From an uncultured Alphaproteobacteria bacterium (GTDB taxonomy: Bacteria > Pseudomonadota > Alphaproteobacteria > Rhizobiales > Rhodomicrobiaceae): 64,000 bases of DNA. Position numbers and translations under genes: made by a program. The DNA lies in contig CAWAVJ010000082.1 in the NCBI GenBank assembly GCA_963785355.1, positions 166-64,165 of the forward strand, in the 5' to 3' direction. The notes beneath the pieces were generated by a model, which was not told where the DNA came from, did not search any database, and worked only from the letters and a program-made list of their open reading frames with translations. Below, one piece after another: positions 1 to 13,418 of the stretch (the stretch's first letter is position 1; every line of letters begins with the position of its first letter).

Positions 1-43
1 AGAATACCGTCAAGTTGAGGTAAACAAACAGTTGCCAAGCGCC

Positions 44-137
44 GGCGAAGTCCTGACCGTCCCGCAGCACCGCGCGTCATCGCGAGGCGGCTCGGGGCGA
101 TGCCTCTCGCAATGACGGGGAGCGGTCAAGACTTGCC
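44..137. repeat. CGTC-type REP-like palindromic element within a larger hairpin
   Basis: cgtcatcgcgagg...ctcgcaatgacg (75-117) flanked by outer imperfect inverted repeat ggcgaagtcctgaccg / cggtcaagacttgcc. Confidence 0.55.
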
Positions 138-221
138 GTGAGTGGTATTACCAGGGGCCGGCAAAAGCTTGTTAGGCGATCTAAAAGTAAGTCGCAAGGT
201 TAAATCCGCGAGGAACACTGT

Positions 222-440
222 CTAACGCGCTTCCTTATAGTGGTCCTGGCATCGCGGCATCAAATCTTTCTCGTGCTTGGCCAAGCATTCTCTCAGGTCC
301 CGGATGCGGATCTTTGGAATACCTTTGCAATATTGGTCGATATCTAACTTGCAAACGAGGCCGATGGAATAACGCGTCTGGGCTTGCGCACCTGACGGCA
401 AAAGAGCAAGCGCCAGCACTGCCGCGGCTATGACTTTCAT
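222..440 (-). CDS. small secreted cysteine-rich repeat protein
   Basis: Sec signal (MKVIAAAVLALALL...AQA) followed by C-x2-D-x4-C...CL...C pattern; GAGGA RBS upstream. Confidence 0.7.
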   Translation of the reverse strand: MKVIAAAVLALALLPSGAQAQTRYSIGLVCKLDIDQYCKGIPKIRIRDLRECLAKHEKDLMPRCQDHYKEAR

Positions 441-592
441 GAGTTCCTCTCCTTACGATGGCCCGCCTATCCGCTAGGCGCACGCTTGGGCAAAAATTAG
501 ACCCGCCCGCAAACCGCATCCTACCCATTACGCCGGCGGACAAAATCTCTTAGACTGCGAGGCAAGGTTTCGCCGGCTGCCAGGGAGGAAAC

Positions 593-1765
593 ATGCTCAA
601 GAACGCCTATCGGGGGCTCGATTTCGGCTTGGGACAGGAGGCCGATATGCTGCGCGAGACCGTGCACAGCTTTTCCGCCACCGAAATTGCGCCCCGCGCG
701 AGCGAAATCGACCGGACCAACACGTTTCCCCGCGATCTTTGGCAGCCCATGGGCGCGCTCGGCCTGCACGGCATAACGGTTGAGGAGGAGTGGGGCGGTA
801 CGGGGCTCGGCTATCTCGAACATTGCATTGCCATGGAGGAAGTGAGCCGGGCAAGTGCGAGTGTCGGCCTATCCTACGGTGCCCATTCCAATCTCTGCAT
901 CAACCAAATCCGCCGCAATGGCACGCCGGAACAGAAGCGCCGCTATCTGCCGAAACTCATCTCCGGCGAGCATGTTGGCTCCCTTGCCATGTCCGAAGCG
1001 GGCTCGGGCTCGGACGTGGTTTCCATGTCCACGCGCGCCGAAAAGCGCGGCGGCGCCTACGTGCTCAACGGCACCAAGATGTGGATCACCAATGCACCCC
1101 ATGCCGATGCGCTGGTGGTGTACGCAAAAACCGATCCCGCAGCGGGGCCGCGCGGCATCACCACATTCATCGCCGAAAAGGGCATGAAGGGCTTTTCGGT
1201 CTCGCCCAAGCTCGACAAGCTCGGCATGCGCGGCTCCGACACCGCCGAGCTCGTGTTCGAGCACTGCGAGATCCCGGAGGAAAACGTGCTGGGCGCCGTG
1301 AACGGAGGCGTGAAGGTGCTCATGTCTGGCCTCGATTACGAGCGTGCGGTGCTGGCGGCCGGCTCGCTCGGTATCATGCAAGCAGCCCTAGACCTAGTGC
1401 TTCCCTACGTACATGAGCGCAAGCAATTCGGCCAGCCTATCGGCAGCTTCCAGCTCATCCAGGCCAAGATCGCCGATATGTATGTGACGCTGAACGCTGC
1501 GCGCGCTTACGTTTACGCCGTGGCGCGCGCCTGCGACCGCGGCGAAACCACGCGCGAGGATGCGGCCGGCGCCATCCTGTTCGCAAGTGAGGCCGCGACC
1601 CGGGCCGCGCTCGATGCGATCCAGATCCTTGGCGGCAACGGCTATATCAACGATTATCCCGCCGGGCGCCTCTTGCGAGATGCCAAGCTCTACGAGATCG
1701 GCGCGGGTACGAGCGAGATCCGGCGGATGCTGATCGGGCGGGAGCTGTTTGAGAAAACGGCCTAG
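593..1765 (+). CDS. ivd: isovaleryl-CoA dehydrogenase
   Basis: acyl-CoA dehydrogenase motifs [32 protein letters not shown]; leucine catabolism context. Confidence 0.95.
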   Translation: MLKNAYRGLDFGLGQEADMLRETVHSFSATEIAPRASEIDRTNTFPRDLWQPMGALGLHGITVEEEWGGTGLGYLEHCIAMEEVSRASASVGLSYGAHSNLCINQIRRNGTPEQKRRYLPKLISGEHVGSLAMSEAGSGSDVVSMSTRAEKRGGAYVLNGTKMWITNAPHADALVVYAKTDPAAGPRGITTFIAEKGMKGFSVSPKLDKLGMRGSDTAELVFEHCEIPEENVLGAVNGGVKVLMSGLDYERAVLAAGSLGIMQAALDLVLPYVHERKQFGQPIGSFQLIQAKIADMYVTLNAARAYVYAVARACDRGETTREDAAGAILFASEAATRAALDAIQILGGNGYINDYPAGRLLRDAKLYEIGAGTSEIRRMLIGRELFEKTA

Positions 1766-1783
1766 AATGCCAATTGCGGTTAT

Positions 1784-1829
1784 TTTGTCATTCTATTAAA
1801 GCTTGACAAACTTCCGGAATATGTAAAAT
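1784..1829 (+). promoter_or_regulatory. putative TA promoter/operator
   Basis: TTGACA at 1803-1808 overlapping inverted repeat tttgtca (1784-1790) / tgacaaa (1804-1810); TAAAAT downstream, though spacing is short (15 bp). Confidence 0.4.
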
Positions 1830-1850
1830 TAGGGGCGAAGGAGCAGAGCA

Positions 1851-2208
1851 ATGGCACGCAAATCCACCCCCACACCGGCGCAGGGCTTCGCGGAAGCGCC
1901 TCAGGCCGCTTTTGTCGCAGAATTCCGCGGGGAAACCTGGCTTCGGCGTTTTAAACCGGGTCAGGCTGACGCTCGGTCCAGGTGGCCGCGTGGTCATCCC
2001 CGCCGCGCTCCGCGAGGCGATGGAGGTCGAGGAGGGCGACGCCATTCTCGCCTGGGTGGAGGCGGGCGAGCTGCATCTTTTGAGCCCGCGCGTAGGCGCC
2101 CGGCAGGCGCAGGCCATGCTGAAGGGGCTGCTGCCGGAGGGCGTGAGCCTGGCCGATGAGCTGATCGCGGAGCGGCGGCGCGAGGCCGAGGCCGAAGGCC
2201 GTGGCTAG
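1851..2208 (+). CDS. AbrB/MazE/SpoVT-family antitoxin (apparent one-base frameshift near 1923)
   Basis: GGRVVIPAALREAMEVEEGD AbrB motif; RBS-led ATG at 1851 joins the 1912 frame if one base is removed; overlaps the toxin start. Confidence 0.8.
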
Positions 2209-2584
2209 GATCGTGCTCGACAGCTCCGTGATCCTCGCGCACTTGGGTGGCGAGCCCGGCGCGGAGCGGGCCGAGGGTTTCTTCGGGGATGCGCTGATTT
2301 CCGCGGTAAACCTTGCCGAGGTGGTTGGCAAGCTCGCCGAGCGCGGCGTAAGCTTGGACCTCGTGCGCGCAGCGCTCTCCCGCTATGGCTTGCAGGTGGC
2401 AGCTTTCGACGGGGAGCTGGCGGAGCGTACCGGGGCGCTCAGGCCGCAAACGAAAGCGTTCGGGCTTTCGCTTGGCGACCGGGCCTGCCTGGCGCTCGCG
2501 CAAGCCTTAGCGCTTCCCGTCCTCACCGCGGATAGGACCTGGAAGGATCTCAATCTTTCGATTGAGGTCCAGCTCTTGCGCTAA
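2201..2584 (+). CDS. vapC: VapC-family PIN-domain toxin
   Basis: IVLDSS, NLAEV, LSLGDRACLA and VLTAD PIN motifs; coupled to the antitoxin. Confidence 0.9.
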   Translation: MARIVLDSSVILAHLGGEPGAERAEGFFGDALISAVNLAEVVGKLAERGVSLDLVRAALSRYGLQVAAFDGELAERTGALRPQTKAFGLSLGDRACLALAQALALPVLTADRTWKDLNLSIEVQLLR

Positions 2585-2604
2585 GCTTAGCCGCAGGGCC
2601 TATG

Positions 2605-2705
2605 CTAGAGTGCGTCCGGAAAAGTGCGAAGCGGTTTTCCGATAAGACGCACGGCAAAACAACAAGCTAGAGCCCGCTTTTGCTTCCATCAAAAACGGGC
2701 TCTAG
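2605..2705. repeat. 101-bp RIME/Bru-RS-like intergenic palindromic repeat, copy 1
   Basis: CTAG-bounded with two internal hairpins; near-identical copy at 36374-36474. Confidence 0.8.
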
Positions 2706-2752
2706 AGTGATGCATCCGCCGATGACTAAAGCAACGGGATGAAACGCAAGAG

Positions 2753-4360
2753 ATGGCCCATCTTAAGAGCGCGATCGACCGCCGCTCTCCCGAATTCGAG
2801 GCGAATGCGGGCGCGATGCGGGCGCAGCTTGCCGTGCTGGCCGCGAAACTTGAAGCGGCGGCTCAAGGCGGCGGTGCGGAGGGGAGGCAGCGTCACGAGG
2901 GGCGAGGCAAGCTGTTCGTGCGCGACAGGATCGATTTGCTGCTCGATCCGGGCTCACCTTTCCTGGAAATAGGCGCACTGGCCGCGCACGGACTCTATGG
3001 CGGCGACGCGCACGCGGCGGGCATCGTTGCAGGGATAGGGAGGGTCTCCGGCCGCGAGTGCTTGATCGTTGCCAACGACGCGACCGTCAAAGGCGGCACC
3101 TATTATCCCCTAACCGTGAAAAAGCACCTGCGCGCCCAGGACATCGCGCGGGACAACCGCTTGCCCTGCCTGTACCTCGTCGACTCGGGCGGCGCCTTCC
3201 TTCCGCAGCAGGACGAGGTCTTCCCCGATGAGCGGCATTTCGGGCGCATCTTCTACAATCAGGCGCAGATGTCGGCGGCGGGCATTCCGCAAGTCGCGCT
3301 GGTGATGGGGCCTTGCACCGCGGGCGGCGCCTATGTGCCTGCCATGTGCGACGAGAGCATCATCGTGAAGGGCAATGGCACGATTTTTCTGGGCGGCCCG
3401 CCGCTGGTCAAGGCGGCGACCGGCGATTCGGTCACGGCAGAAGAGCTTGGCGGAGCCGAAGTTCACACCCGCCAGTCCGGCGTCACCGACCATTATGCCC
3501 AGAGCGACGCGCATGCCATCGGCATCGCCCGGCGTATCGTGGCGGACCTGAACCGTGTGAAACCGCAATCGCTCGACGTACTTCCGCCGCGCGAGCCCCT
3601 CTATCCGCCCGATGAACTCTACGGCATCGTACAGGCCGATGTGCGCAAACCCTACGACGTGCGCGAGGTGATCGCGCGGCTCGTGGACGCTTCGGAGTTC
3701 GACGAGTTCAAAAAGCTCTATGGCCAGACGCTGGTTTGCGGCACGGCGCGGATCTGGGGCTATCCGGTTGGCATTCTCGCCAATAATGGCATTCTCTTCT
3801 CCGAGAGCGCGCTCAAGGGTGCGCATTTCATCGAGCTGATGAGCCAGCGCGGCATCCCACTCATTTTCCTGCAAAACGTCACAGGCTTCATGGTGGGCAA
3901 GAAATACGAGGCAGGCGGCATTGCCAAGGATGGCGCGAAGCTCGTCACCGCCGTCGCCACCGCGTCTGTGCCCAAATACACCGTTGTGATTGGCGGCTCC
4001 TATGGCGCCGGCAACTACGGCATGTGCGGGCGCGGCTATAGTCCCCGCTTTCTGTGGATGTGGCCTAACGCCAAAATCGCGGTCATGGGTGGCGAGCAGG
4101 CGGCGACCGTGCTTGCCATCGTGCGGCGGGAAGCGCTGGAGGCCAAGGGCGGCACGTGGAGCAAGGAGGAAGAGGAGGCCTTCAAAGCCCCGATCCGCGC
4201 GCAGTTCGGCGAGCAGGCGGATCCCTACTACGCCACAGCGCGGCTTTGGGACGACGGCATCATCGACCCGGCCGATACGCGCATGGTGCTGGCGCTGGCG
4301 ATTTCCGCCGGGCTGAACGCGCCGCCGGAGCGCGGGCCTTTCGGCGTGTTCAGGATGTGA
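2753..4360 (+). CDS. mccB: methylcrotonyl-CoA carboxylase beta (carboxyltransferase) subunit
   Basis: [30 protein letters not shown] motifs; C-terminal FGVFRM. Confidence 0.95.
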   Translation: MAHLKSAIDRRSPEFEANAGAMRAQLAVLAAKLEAAAQGGGAEGRQRHEGRGKLFVRDRIDLLLDPGSPFLEIGALAAHGLYGGDAHAAGIVAGIGRVSGRECLIVANDATVKGGTYYPLTVKKHLRAQDIARDNRLPCLYLVDSGGAFLPQQDEVFPDERHFGRIFYNQAQMSAAGIPQVALVMGPCTAGGAYVPAMCDESIIVKGNGTIFLGGPPLVKAATGDSVTAEELGGAEVHTRQSGVTDHYAQSDAHAIGIARRIVADLNRVKPQSLDVLPPREPLYPPDELYGIVQADVRKPYDVREVIARLVDASEFDEFKKLYGQTLVCGTARIWGYPVGILANNGILFSESALKGAHFIELMSQRGIPLIFLQNVTGFMVGKKYEAGGIAKDGAKLVTAVATASVPKYTVVIGGSYGAGNYGMCGRGYSPRFLWMWPNAKIAVMGGEQAATVLAIVRREALEAKGGTWSKEEEEAFKAPIRAQFGEQADPYYATARLWDDGIIDPADTRMVLALAISAGLNAPPERGPFGVFRM

Positions 4361-4367
4361 CCCGCCG

Positions 4368-6378
4368 ATGACCTATCGCCCCTTCACCTGCCTCCTGATC
4401 GCCAATCGCGGCGAGATCGCTTGCCGGATCGCCCGGACGGCAAGGCGCATGGGCCTGCGCACCATCGCGGTCTATTCGGAGGCCGATGCTCAAGCCCTGC
4501 ATGTGCAAATGGCGGACGAGGCACATCTCTTGGGCGCCGCACCTCCGCGCGACAGTTATCTCAATGTGGAGCGCATAATCGCCGCCGCGAAAGCGAGCGG
4601 GGCGGAAGCCATCCATCCTGGGTACGGTTTTCTCTCGGAAAACGCGGATTTCGCAGAATCCTGCGCGGCGGCTGGGCTCATTTTCGTTGGGCCGCCGGCT
4701 TCTGCGATCCGCGCCATGGGCTCGAAGTCCGCCGCCAAGGCGCTGATGGAAAAGGCGGGCGTGCCGGTGGTGCCAGGCTATCACGGCGAGGCGCAGGATA
4801 TCGAAACCTTCGTGCGCGAGGCAAAGCGCGTTGGCTTTCCGGTACTGCTCAAGGCGGTCGCGGGGGGCGGCGGCAAGGGCATGCGCGTGGTCCGCAGCGC
4901 GAATGAGCTGGAAGCCGCCAGCCTGGCTGCGAAGCGCGAGGCGGCCTCCGCTTTCGGGGACGATAGGCTGCTGCTTGAAAAGTTCATCGAGCGCCCTCGC
5001 CATATCGAGGTGCAAATCTTCGCCGATAGCCACGGCGGGATCGTTTCGCTGTTCGAGCGCGAGTGCACGCTGCAGCGCCGCCATCAGAAGGTGGTCGAGG
5101 AAGCGCCGTCGCCTACGCTGAGCGAGAAAGGCCGGGAGGCGCTATACCATGCCGCCCGCAAGGCAGCGGCTGCCATCGGCTATGTGGGCGCCGGCACGGT
5201 GGAGTTCGTGGCCGATGAGAAGGACGCCCATTTCATCGAAATGAACACCAGGCTTCAGGTCGAGCATCCGGTAACAGAAATGATCACAGAGCTGGATCTG
5301 GTTGAATGGCAATTGCGAGTGGCGATGGGCGAAAAGTTGCCGCTGGCCCAGGGAGAGATCGTGCGGCGCGGGCACGCGATTGAGGCGAGAACTCTATGCC
5401 GAGGACCCCGAGGCGGGGTTCCTGCCGTCGATAGGGCAAATCGCACACTGGCGCATGCCGGGGACAGGCCACGGCCTTCGCATCGACACGGGCTTTTCAC
5501 AAGGGGATAAGGTTTCTCCATATTACGATCCGATGCTGGCGAAGGTCGTTGCTCATGCCGGAACGCGCGAGGGGGCGCTGGGCCGCCTCAAGGGGGCGCT
5601 GGCCAGCATCGAAGTCGCGGGCGTAACCACCAACGCAGGCTTCCTCGCCCGCCTTCTTAGGGAAGAGGCCGTGTCGAGAAACGCGATCGATACTGGATAT
5701 ATCGAGCGCGAACGGGCTGGCTTGCGCGATGGCGCCACGGGCGTCGCGGCGCACCATCTCGCAGCGGCTTGCGCGGCCGTTCTCAGCGCCGAAGCCGCGA
5801 GCACGCGCCGGGATGCCACGGACCCGCATTCGCCATGGGCGCAGACCACCGGCTGGATGCTATCCGGCGCCCGCAAACGCTGTCTCCAATTCCGGGACAA
5901 GGCGTGCGCAGTCCACGGCGCGGTTCTTATCCAAGGCCGCGGTGGCATGGCGCTGGAAGCTGCGGGAACCCGCAAGACCTTCAGCTTCGCGCCCGCGGGA
6001 AGCCGCCGCTTCACCGTCACGTTTGGAAGTGTAAGCCGGACGATGACCGCGCTATTCGCGGACAACGCGGTCACGGTTTTCGACGAACCGGAGCCGATCA
6101 AGCTCACCCTCGTCGAGCCCTACGCCGCAGACGCAATCGGCGCCGAGCCCGAAGCGGGCGCTATCGCACCCATGCCGGGCACGATCCTGGCGCTGCTGGC
6201 CAAGCCGGGCGAGACCTTGGATGCGGGCGCGCCAATGCTTATTCTCGAGGCCATGAAAATGGAGCACACGCTGCGCGCGCCAGTACGCGGGCGCGTCGCG
6301 CGCTATCTCTGCGCGGTGGGAGACTTTGTGGCGGAAGGTGCTGCGCTGGCCGAGTTCGAAGCGGAGGAGGCCGCTTGA
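4368..6378 (+). CDS. mccA: methylcrotonyl-CoA carboxylase alpha subunit (biotin carboxylase + BCCP); frameshift near 5391
   Basis: IANRGEIA, HPGYGFLSEN, EMNTRLQVEH, EAMKME biotinylation motif; one extra A splits IEAR/LYAEDP. Confidence 0.9.
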
Positions 6379-6380
6379 GC

Positions 6381-7247
6381 ATGGGTGAACGCTTCCGCAT
6401 CGTTGAGGTGGGGCCGCGCGATGGCTTGCAGAACGAAGCGGCGGCGGTCCCGGCCGCGGTGCGCATCGCCTTCATCGAGAAGCTCATCGCGGCGGGCCTA
6501 ACCTCCATCGAGGCAGGAAGCTTCGTCTCTTCCAAATGGGTGCCGCAAATGGCGGGCACGGCGGAGGTTCTGCAAGCTTTCGCTGGGCGGGCCGGGGTCT
6601 CCTTGCCGGTGCTCGTGCCAAACGAAAAAGGGCTGGACGCGGCCCTGGCGGCCGGAGCGCGCGAGATTGCGATCTTCGGCGCCGCCTCGGAGAGGTTCTC
6701 GCAAAAGAACATCAACTGCTCCATCGGCGAATCTCTGGAAAGGTTCAAGCCGGTGGCGGAACGGGCGCTGGCGTCAGGCGTGAAAGTGCGCGGCTATGTC
6801 TCTTGCGCGCTGGGCTGCCCCTACGAGGGACGCGTGCTGCCGGCCAAGGTGGCAGAGGTGGCAGCGCGGCTGTTCGAGCTTGGCTGCTACGAGATATCTC
6901 TTGGCGATACGATAGGGGTGGGCACGCCGCGCGCCGCGAGGGAAATGCTGAAGGCTGTATCGGAGCGCGTTCCGCTTTCGCAGCTCGCTGCGCACTTCCA
7001 CGACACCTACGGGCAGGCCGTCGCCAACATTTACGCTTGCGTGGAAGAAGGCGTGCGCGCCGCCGACAGCTCGGCCGGGGGCTTGGGCGGCTGCCCCTAT
7101 GCAAAAGGTGCGTCCGGCAACGTCGCGACGGAAGATGTGGTGTATCTCCTCGATGGGCTGGGCTTCGAAACGGGCGTGGACCGGGGCGCGGTTATCGAAG
7201 CGAGCCGCTACATTTACGCGGCGCTTGGCAAGACACCCCGCTTTTGA
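6381..7247 (+). CDS. hmgL: hydroxymethylglutaryl-CoA lyase
   Basis: EVGPRDGLQNE, HFHDTYG, GGLGGCPYA motifs; ATG at 6381 right after the mccA stop. Confidence 0.93.
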   Translation: MGERFRIVEVGPRDGLQNEAAAVPAAVRIAFIEKLIAAGLTSIEAGSFVSSKWVPQMAGTAEVLQAFAGRAGVSLPVLVPNEKGLDAALAAGAREIAIFGAASERFSQKNINCSIGESLERFKPVAERALASGVKVRGYVSCALGCPYEGRVLPAKVAEVAARLFELGCYEISLGDTIGVGTPRAAREMLKAVSERVPLSQLAAHFHDTYGQAVANIYACVEEGVRAADSSAGGLGGCPYAKGASGNVATEDVVYLLDGLGFETGVDRGAVIEASRYIYAALGKTPRF

Positions 7248-7266
7248 GCTTGCCACCTTCGCTGAC

Positions 7267-8408
7267 TCAAGCCTTGCCCATGCGATCCCAGAAGGCTTTG
7301 ATCTTGCTGAGGAACCCTGCCGTTTCGGGATGGGTCGAGTCTGTCGATGCTTTCTCGAACTCCTTAAGCAGATCCTTTTGCCGGCGCGACAGGTTCTGCG
7401 GCGTCTCGACCTCGACTTGGACGTAAAGGTCGCCGGTGAGTTTCGAGCGCAGCACCGGCATGCCCTTGCCGCGCAGGCGGAATTGCTTGCCCGTCTCCGT
7501 GCCCTCGGGCACTTTCACCCGCGCGCGGCCGCCATCGATGGTGGGAACCTCGATCTGACCGCCCAACGCCGCGGTGGTCATGGTGATCGGCACGCGGCAG
7601 AACAGGTCCGCTCCGTCGCGCTGGAAAATGTCGTCGGGCAGGATTGACAGGAAGATGTAAAGATCGCCGGCAGGGCCGCCGCGAATACCGGCTTCGCCTT
7701 CGCCAGCCAGCCGGATGCGCGTGGAATCCTCGACGCCCGCTGGTATATTCACCGACAGTGCGCGTTCGCGCGTCACCCGGCCGCTGCCGGCGCAGGTGTA
7801 GCACGGTTTCTGGATGATCTCGCCGCGGCCTTGGCAGGCCGGGCAGGTACGCTCGATAGTGAAAAAGCCTTGGCTGGCCCGCACCTTGCCGAACCCTTGG
7901 CAGGTTGGGCAGGTTATGGGGCTGGAGCCAGCTTCAGCACCCGCGCCGCCGCAGGCTTCGCACGTCACCGATGCGGGGACGCGGATTTGCGCGGTCTTGC
8001 CGCCATAAGCTTCGGCGAGCGAGATTTCCATGTTGTACTTGAGATCGGAGCCGCGCTCCTTGGCGCCGCGTCCGCGGCTACGGCGGCCTCCCATGAACTC
8101 GCCGAAGAGGTCGTCGAAAATCTCGGACATCGACGCCAAGAAATCGTTGCCAAAGCCGTACGCGGCGCCATTGGGTCCCACCGATCCGTCGAAAGCGGCG
8201 TGGCCGAACTGATCGTAGGCCGCGCGTTTCTGCGGGTCCTTCAACGCCTCGTAGGCCTCGTTGACCTCCTTGAAATTGACCTCGGCAGTGGTGTCCCCGG
8301 ATTCTTGTCGGGATGAAACTCTTTCGCGAGCCGGCGGAAAGCGCTTTTGATTTCGTGATCGGCTGCGCCCTTTTTCAGGCCGAGCACTTCATAGTAATCG
8401 CGCTTCAT
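7267..8408 (-). CDS. dnaJ: chaperone DnaJ (one-base deletion in G run near 8298)
   Basis: KRDYYEVLG...HPDKN J-domain in one frame; four CxxCxGxG repeats and C-terminal domain in another; downstream of dnaK. Confidence 0.93.
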
Positions 8409-8517
8409 GGTCTGTTCTTGAGATCCTTCGCCATGCAAGGTTGCCACCCCCGGAAGATCAGCTCAGGCTTTGAAAGCATAAATAATGCGCGCCGAGCCGT
8501 CATCCAACCCGCGCGCG

Positions 8518-8545
8518 AAAAAAGGGAGAGCCGCAAAGCTCTCCC
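8518..8545 (-). terminator. intrinsic terminator after dnaK
   Basis: minus strand gggagagc-tttgcg-gctctccc followed by T6. Confidence 0.7.
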
Positions 8546-8556
8546 CCTCATGCGTT

Positions 8557-10497
<1,941 letters not shown>

Positions 10498-10621
10498 CGT
10501 TCAGAACCTCGTGCTGCTCACCCTAGCTGCGAGACGTCAAGCTACTGGCAGCCAGCGGCCCCCGTTTTGCGACTTAGTGACGTCCGTCCCGCTCCGAGAT
10601 GGTTATCTCGAATTGTTGATG

Positions 10622-10650
10622 ATATAGGGGAGCTCAGTGGGGCGCGCAAG
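10622..10650 (-). promoter_or_regulatory. RpoH (sigma32) promoter of dnaKJ
   Basis: minus strand CTTG-N18-CCTATAT, matching the alphaproteobacterial heat-shock consensus. Confidence 0.75.
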
Positions 10651-11235
10651 CACCCCGGACGCAACAGATACAGCAGAAGCCATTTCACGAACAAGAATAT
10701 TACAGGGGCAGGCGCTGCGCGGTGCGGGCGGACTTGCCTGGCGCTTGCGGAATCAGACCTCGCCCGCAGGCCAGTCCTGGGGGCCTTCCGCGTTCTCGCA
10801 ATCGAACGCTGTTTCAGCGGCAAAAAATGAAGGCACCGGAGAGCTTTCATCCTGTGGAAATACTGCAGGCGCCTCTGCTTCCGGAGCGGCAGGGTTTTGT
10901 TCGATGACGCCTTCGGGCTGAGTACCGCCGTCTGGATTCAGCGCAAGAAGCGCCGCCGGCGGTATCGCCGCCGCCTTGTCCGGGATTGAGTGAACCGGCC
11001 TGTTTCCTGGCATAAGTTTCGTCCTTGCTGGAAATGGAACGGATGGGCCTGCTATCAACAGCCGGCAATTCTGCCGGTTCCGGCGGCCCGCCCTCCAGCG
11101 AAGCCATGAAACCCAATTCGTGCGGCAAGCATATTGCAGTTTACTGCCAAGCCACCCCTGGATTTTGTCCTTGCGCCCCCGCTATTGGGGGCGCAATCAT
11201 TAAGGATTCTTGCCATTACAGCTAGAGGAGGGTTC

Positions 11236-11607
11236 ATGAACGACATCTTGCCCAGCGCATTCGGCCCGGCAGGCGCCACCGTCTCTCAGCCGCCTGCCGG
11301 GCATCTTCCCTACACTAGCTTCTCGCGAAATGAGCTTACCGCGATTTTTTCGGTTTACGGCGCCAAGGTTGCCGAGGGCGAGTGGCGGGATTATTCGATA
11401 GATTTCCTGAGGGACAGGGCAGTCTTTTCGGTGTTCAGACGCTCGTCCGAGCGACCGCTTTACCGGATCGAAAAAAGCCCGAAGCTCACCAAACGGCAAG
11501 GCGCCTATAGCGTAGTCGCCATGACCGGCCTCATTTTGAAGCGCGGGCACGACCTTACCAAAGTGCTGCGCGTCCTCGACCGCAGACTGCGGATCGTGAA
11601 CTCCTGA
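11236..11607 (+). CDS. DUF2794 family protein
   Basis: FSRNEL..I..YG..VAEGEWRDYSID...AVFSVFRR..E.PLYRIEK signature; GAGGAGG RBS. Confidence 0.85.
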   Translation: MNDILPSAFGPAGATVSQPPAGHLPYTSFSRNELTAIFSVYGAKVAEGEWRDYSIDFLRDRAVFSVFRRSSERPLYRIEKSPKLTKRQGAYSVVAMTGLILKRGHDLTKVLRVLDRRLRIVNS

Positions 11608-11804
11608 GCGCACGGCGCCGCTGTGGAACGCGTTTCCCCGCCGGGTTGTCCCGCGTGCGGCGTCCTAGCCTCAATTATTCACCGAGCTTGGCCATGGACG
11701 CCTCAGGCATGCGCCGCCGGCCGGGTTGACGGCGGGTTCCTGCGAGCACTTTTCGACGCGTTGAAAGTTGGAGACCTGGGCTCAAGCGGCGCATGCCGCA
11801 AGGC

Positions 11805-13187
11805 TTATGGACTGCGAGCCGTGATCGTGCCGGCAAGGAGCGCGAGCACTGGCGCGTGCGGGTAGGCCGATGGGAAGGCGACCTTGATGCGGCTCTTGAG
11901 TTCTTCCACGCGCACCGCGATTTTGAGGAAGACGCGCCGGAGAGTTTCAAAAGTTGCCGTGCGCCATAGCGAGCGCCGGGGAGCCGCCGCGCGTAGCGAT
12001 AACAGCAGCCAATAGGCGGCCATGTGCAAGAAGAGACGGAACTGATTTGCTTCCCAGCGGTGGCAGGAGGTCCGGTCCGAGCGGGTATAGAGCTTCATGT
12101 CCTTGATCATGTTCTCCATGCGCCCGCGCGCGCAGTAGACCTTCTCGTATAACGTCTTCGCCGTCCCTGGCAGGTTCGTCACCACGAAGCGCACATCGCC
12201 GCCCATGCTGGTGGCCTCGGCACGGGCGATGATCTTGCGGGATTTCGACCAGCTTTTGGCTTGGTAGGTAGCCTGATGGAACCGCCGCACCTTCTCCTTC
12301 TTCGACAGCGCCCGGCGTGTGGCGGCGTCCTCGGCCCAGGGCTGCGCCATTGGTGCGAGGCGGGCGTTGGTTGAAAGGCCGAGGATGTAGCCGCAGCGTT
12401 TTTCTTCAAGCAGGTCCAGCACTTCTGGCGCCGCATAGTGGCTGTCGCCGCGGACCATGATCTCCACCCTCGGCCAGTAGCGCCGGATATGGGCAATGAC
12501 GTGCCGCAGAACTTGCGCCGCCTCCTCTCCTGAAGGCCTCTTGCCTGGCCGTAGTAGCGATAGCACGGGTTTGCCCGTCCCCGCCTCGAAGATGTGGATC
12601 GGCTGGAAGCAGTAGCCGCCCGAATGCGTGTTGAAGAGGATGAGTTCCTGCTGGCCGTGCGCCGGATCGTCCGTATCGTCGATGTCGAGCACAGTGCGCT
12701 CAAGCAGCGCGCCGTGCGGTAGCGCGCCGCTAAGAGTGCGGCCAGGTACGCGCGAAAAGCTGGCGCAGAACGTATCGATCATCCCGAGCGCCATGCGTGC
12801 AAGTACGCGCCAGGACGGCGCGTTTTCCAGGCGCGACAATGTTGGCTGGGACATGAGATCGGCGCCCGTCCCTGGTTTGCGCCCGCACGCCATCTTGAAA
12901 GCGGGATCGATGCGCAAGCCATCGAGGCCGTCGCAGTCCTCGTAACCGCTGGCGATGGCAAACACCCGCGCCCGGATCATGTCGTCATGGGTGTGGACGA
13001 TGCGGCCCGGATCGCGTGTATCGGGCACATGACGGCTAAGCGTCCTGGCAAGGCCGAGCCGTTTCTCGATCTCGCGCAGGATGAGAATGCCGCCATCCGA
13101 AGACAGCTGGCCGCCATCGAAAGTGGCTGTCATTTCTTTGCCGCTAATGGGTGACAGACCAGGGAGGAAGGGCGTAGCTTCGGTCAT
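11805..13187 (-). CDS. IS1380-family DDE transposase with a 42-bp in-frame insertion
   Basis: FDGGQLSSDGG, SQPTLSRLEN, LDIDDT, RGDSHY, RGRMENMIK motifs; extra LSGALPHGALLERT before VLDIDD. Confidence 0.88.
   Translation of the reverse strand: MTEATPFLPGLSPISGKEMTATFDGGQLSSDGGILILREIEKRLGLARTLSRHVPDTRDPGRIVHTHDDMIRARVFAIASGYEDCDGLDGLRIDPAFKMACGRKPGTGADLMSQPTLSRLENAPSWRVLARMALGMIDTFCASFSRVPGRTLSGALPHGALLERTVLDIDDTDDPAHGQQELILFNTHSGGYCFQPIHIFEAGTGKPVLSLLRPGKRPSGEEAAQVLRHVIAHIRRYWPRVEIMVRGDSHYAAPEVLDLLEEKRCGYILGLSTNARLAPMAQPWAEDAATRRALSKKEKVRRFHQATYQAKSWSKSRKIIARAEATSMGGDVRFVVTNLPGTAKTLYEKVYCARGRMENMIKDMKLYTRSDRTSCHRWEANQFRLFLHMAAYWLLLSLRAAAPRRSLWRTATFETLRRVFLKIAVRVEELKSRIKVAFPSAYPHAPVLALLAGTITARSP
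12694..12735 (+). repeat. ~40-bp structured inserted element, copy A
   Basis: gtgcgct-caagca-gcgc-gcc-gtgc-ggt-agcgcgc-cgctaaga; homologous to 13885-13923 and 54817-54850. Confidence 0.75.
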
Positions 13188-13418
13188 GGTGAGCGGGAGA
13201 TTCCTTGGGAAGGCGCACGAAACTGTCTCGACAACAGAATCATACGTGATTCCAAAGGATTACGCCCCGCTCATCGCATCGAAAACCACATCCAGATGAA
13301 TAATTCGGGCTAGAGGGAAGCAATCGAGCAGATGCAGTATCATATTAGTTCTAGCCGTCAAAATCTAACGCTTGGCGCCCAGCAATTCTAAAACTAGCAT
13401 TTTCATAGGGGGAACGGG

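Larger units (their letters stand above)
11669..13309 (-). mobile_element. IS1380-family insertion sequence
   Basis: imperfect TIRs cctcaattattca / tgaataattcggg; CTAG direct repeats at 11665-11668 and 13310-13313. Confidence 0.85.

Noticed and set aside
5302-5510. Programmed frameshifting in mccA, dnaJ or the toxin
   Set aside because: No slippery heptamers or stimulatory structures; similar indels occur throughout the window, so error is more parsimonious.
5769-6380. 200-aa N-terminal extension of HMG-CoA lyase in the ORF track
   Set aside because: Overlaps mccA in another frame; the true start is the ATG at 6381.
10753-11128. Pro/Ala-rich ORFs upstream of dnaK
   Set aside because: No motif or convincing RBS; a real gene cannot be supported.
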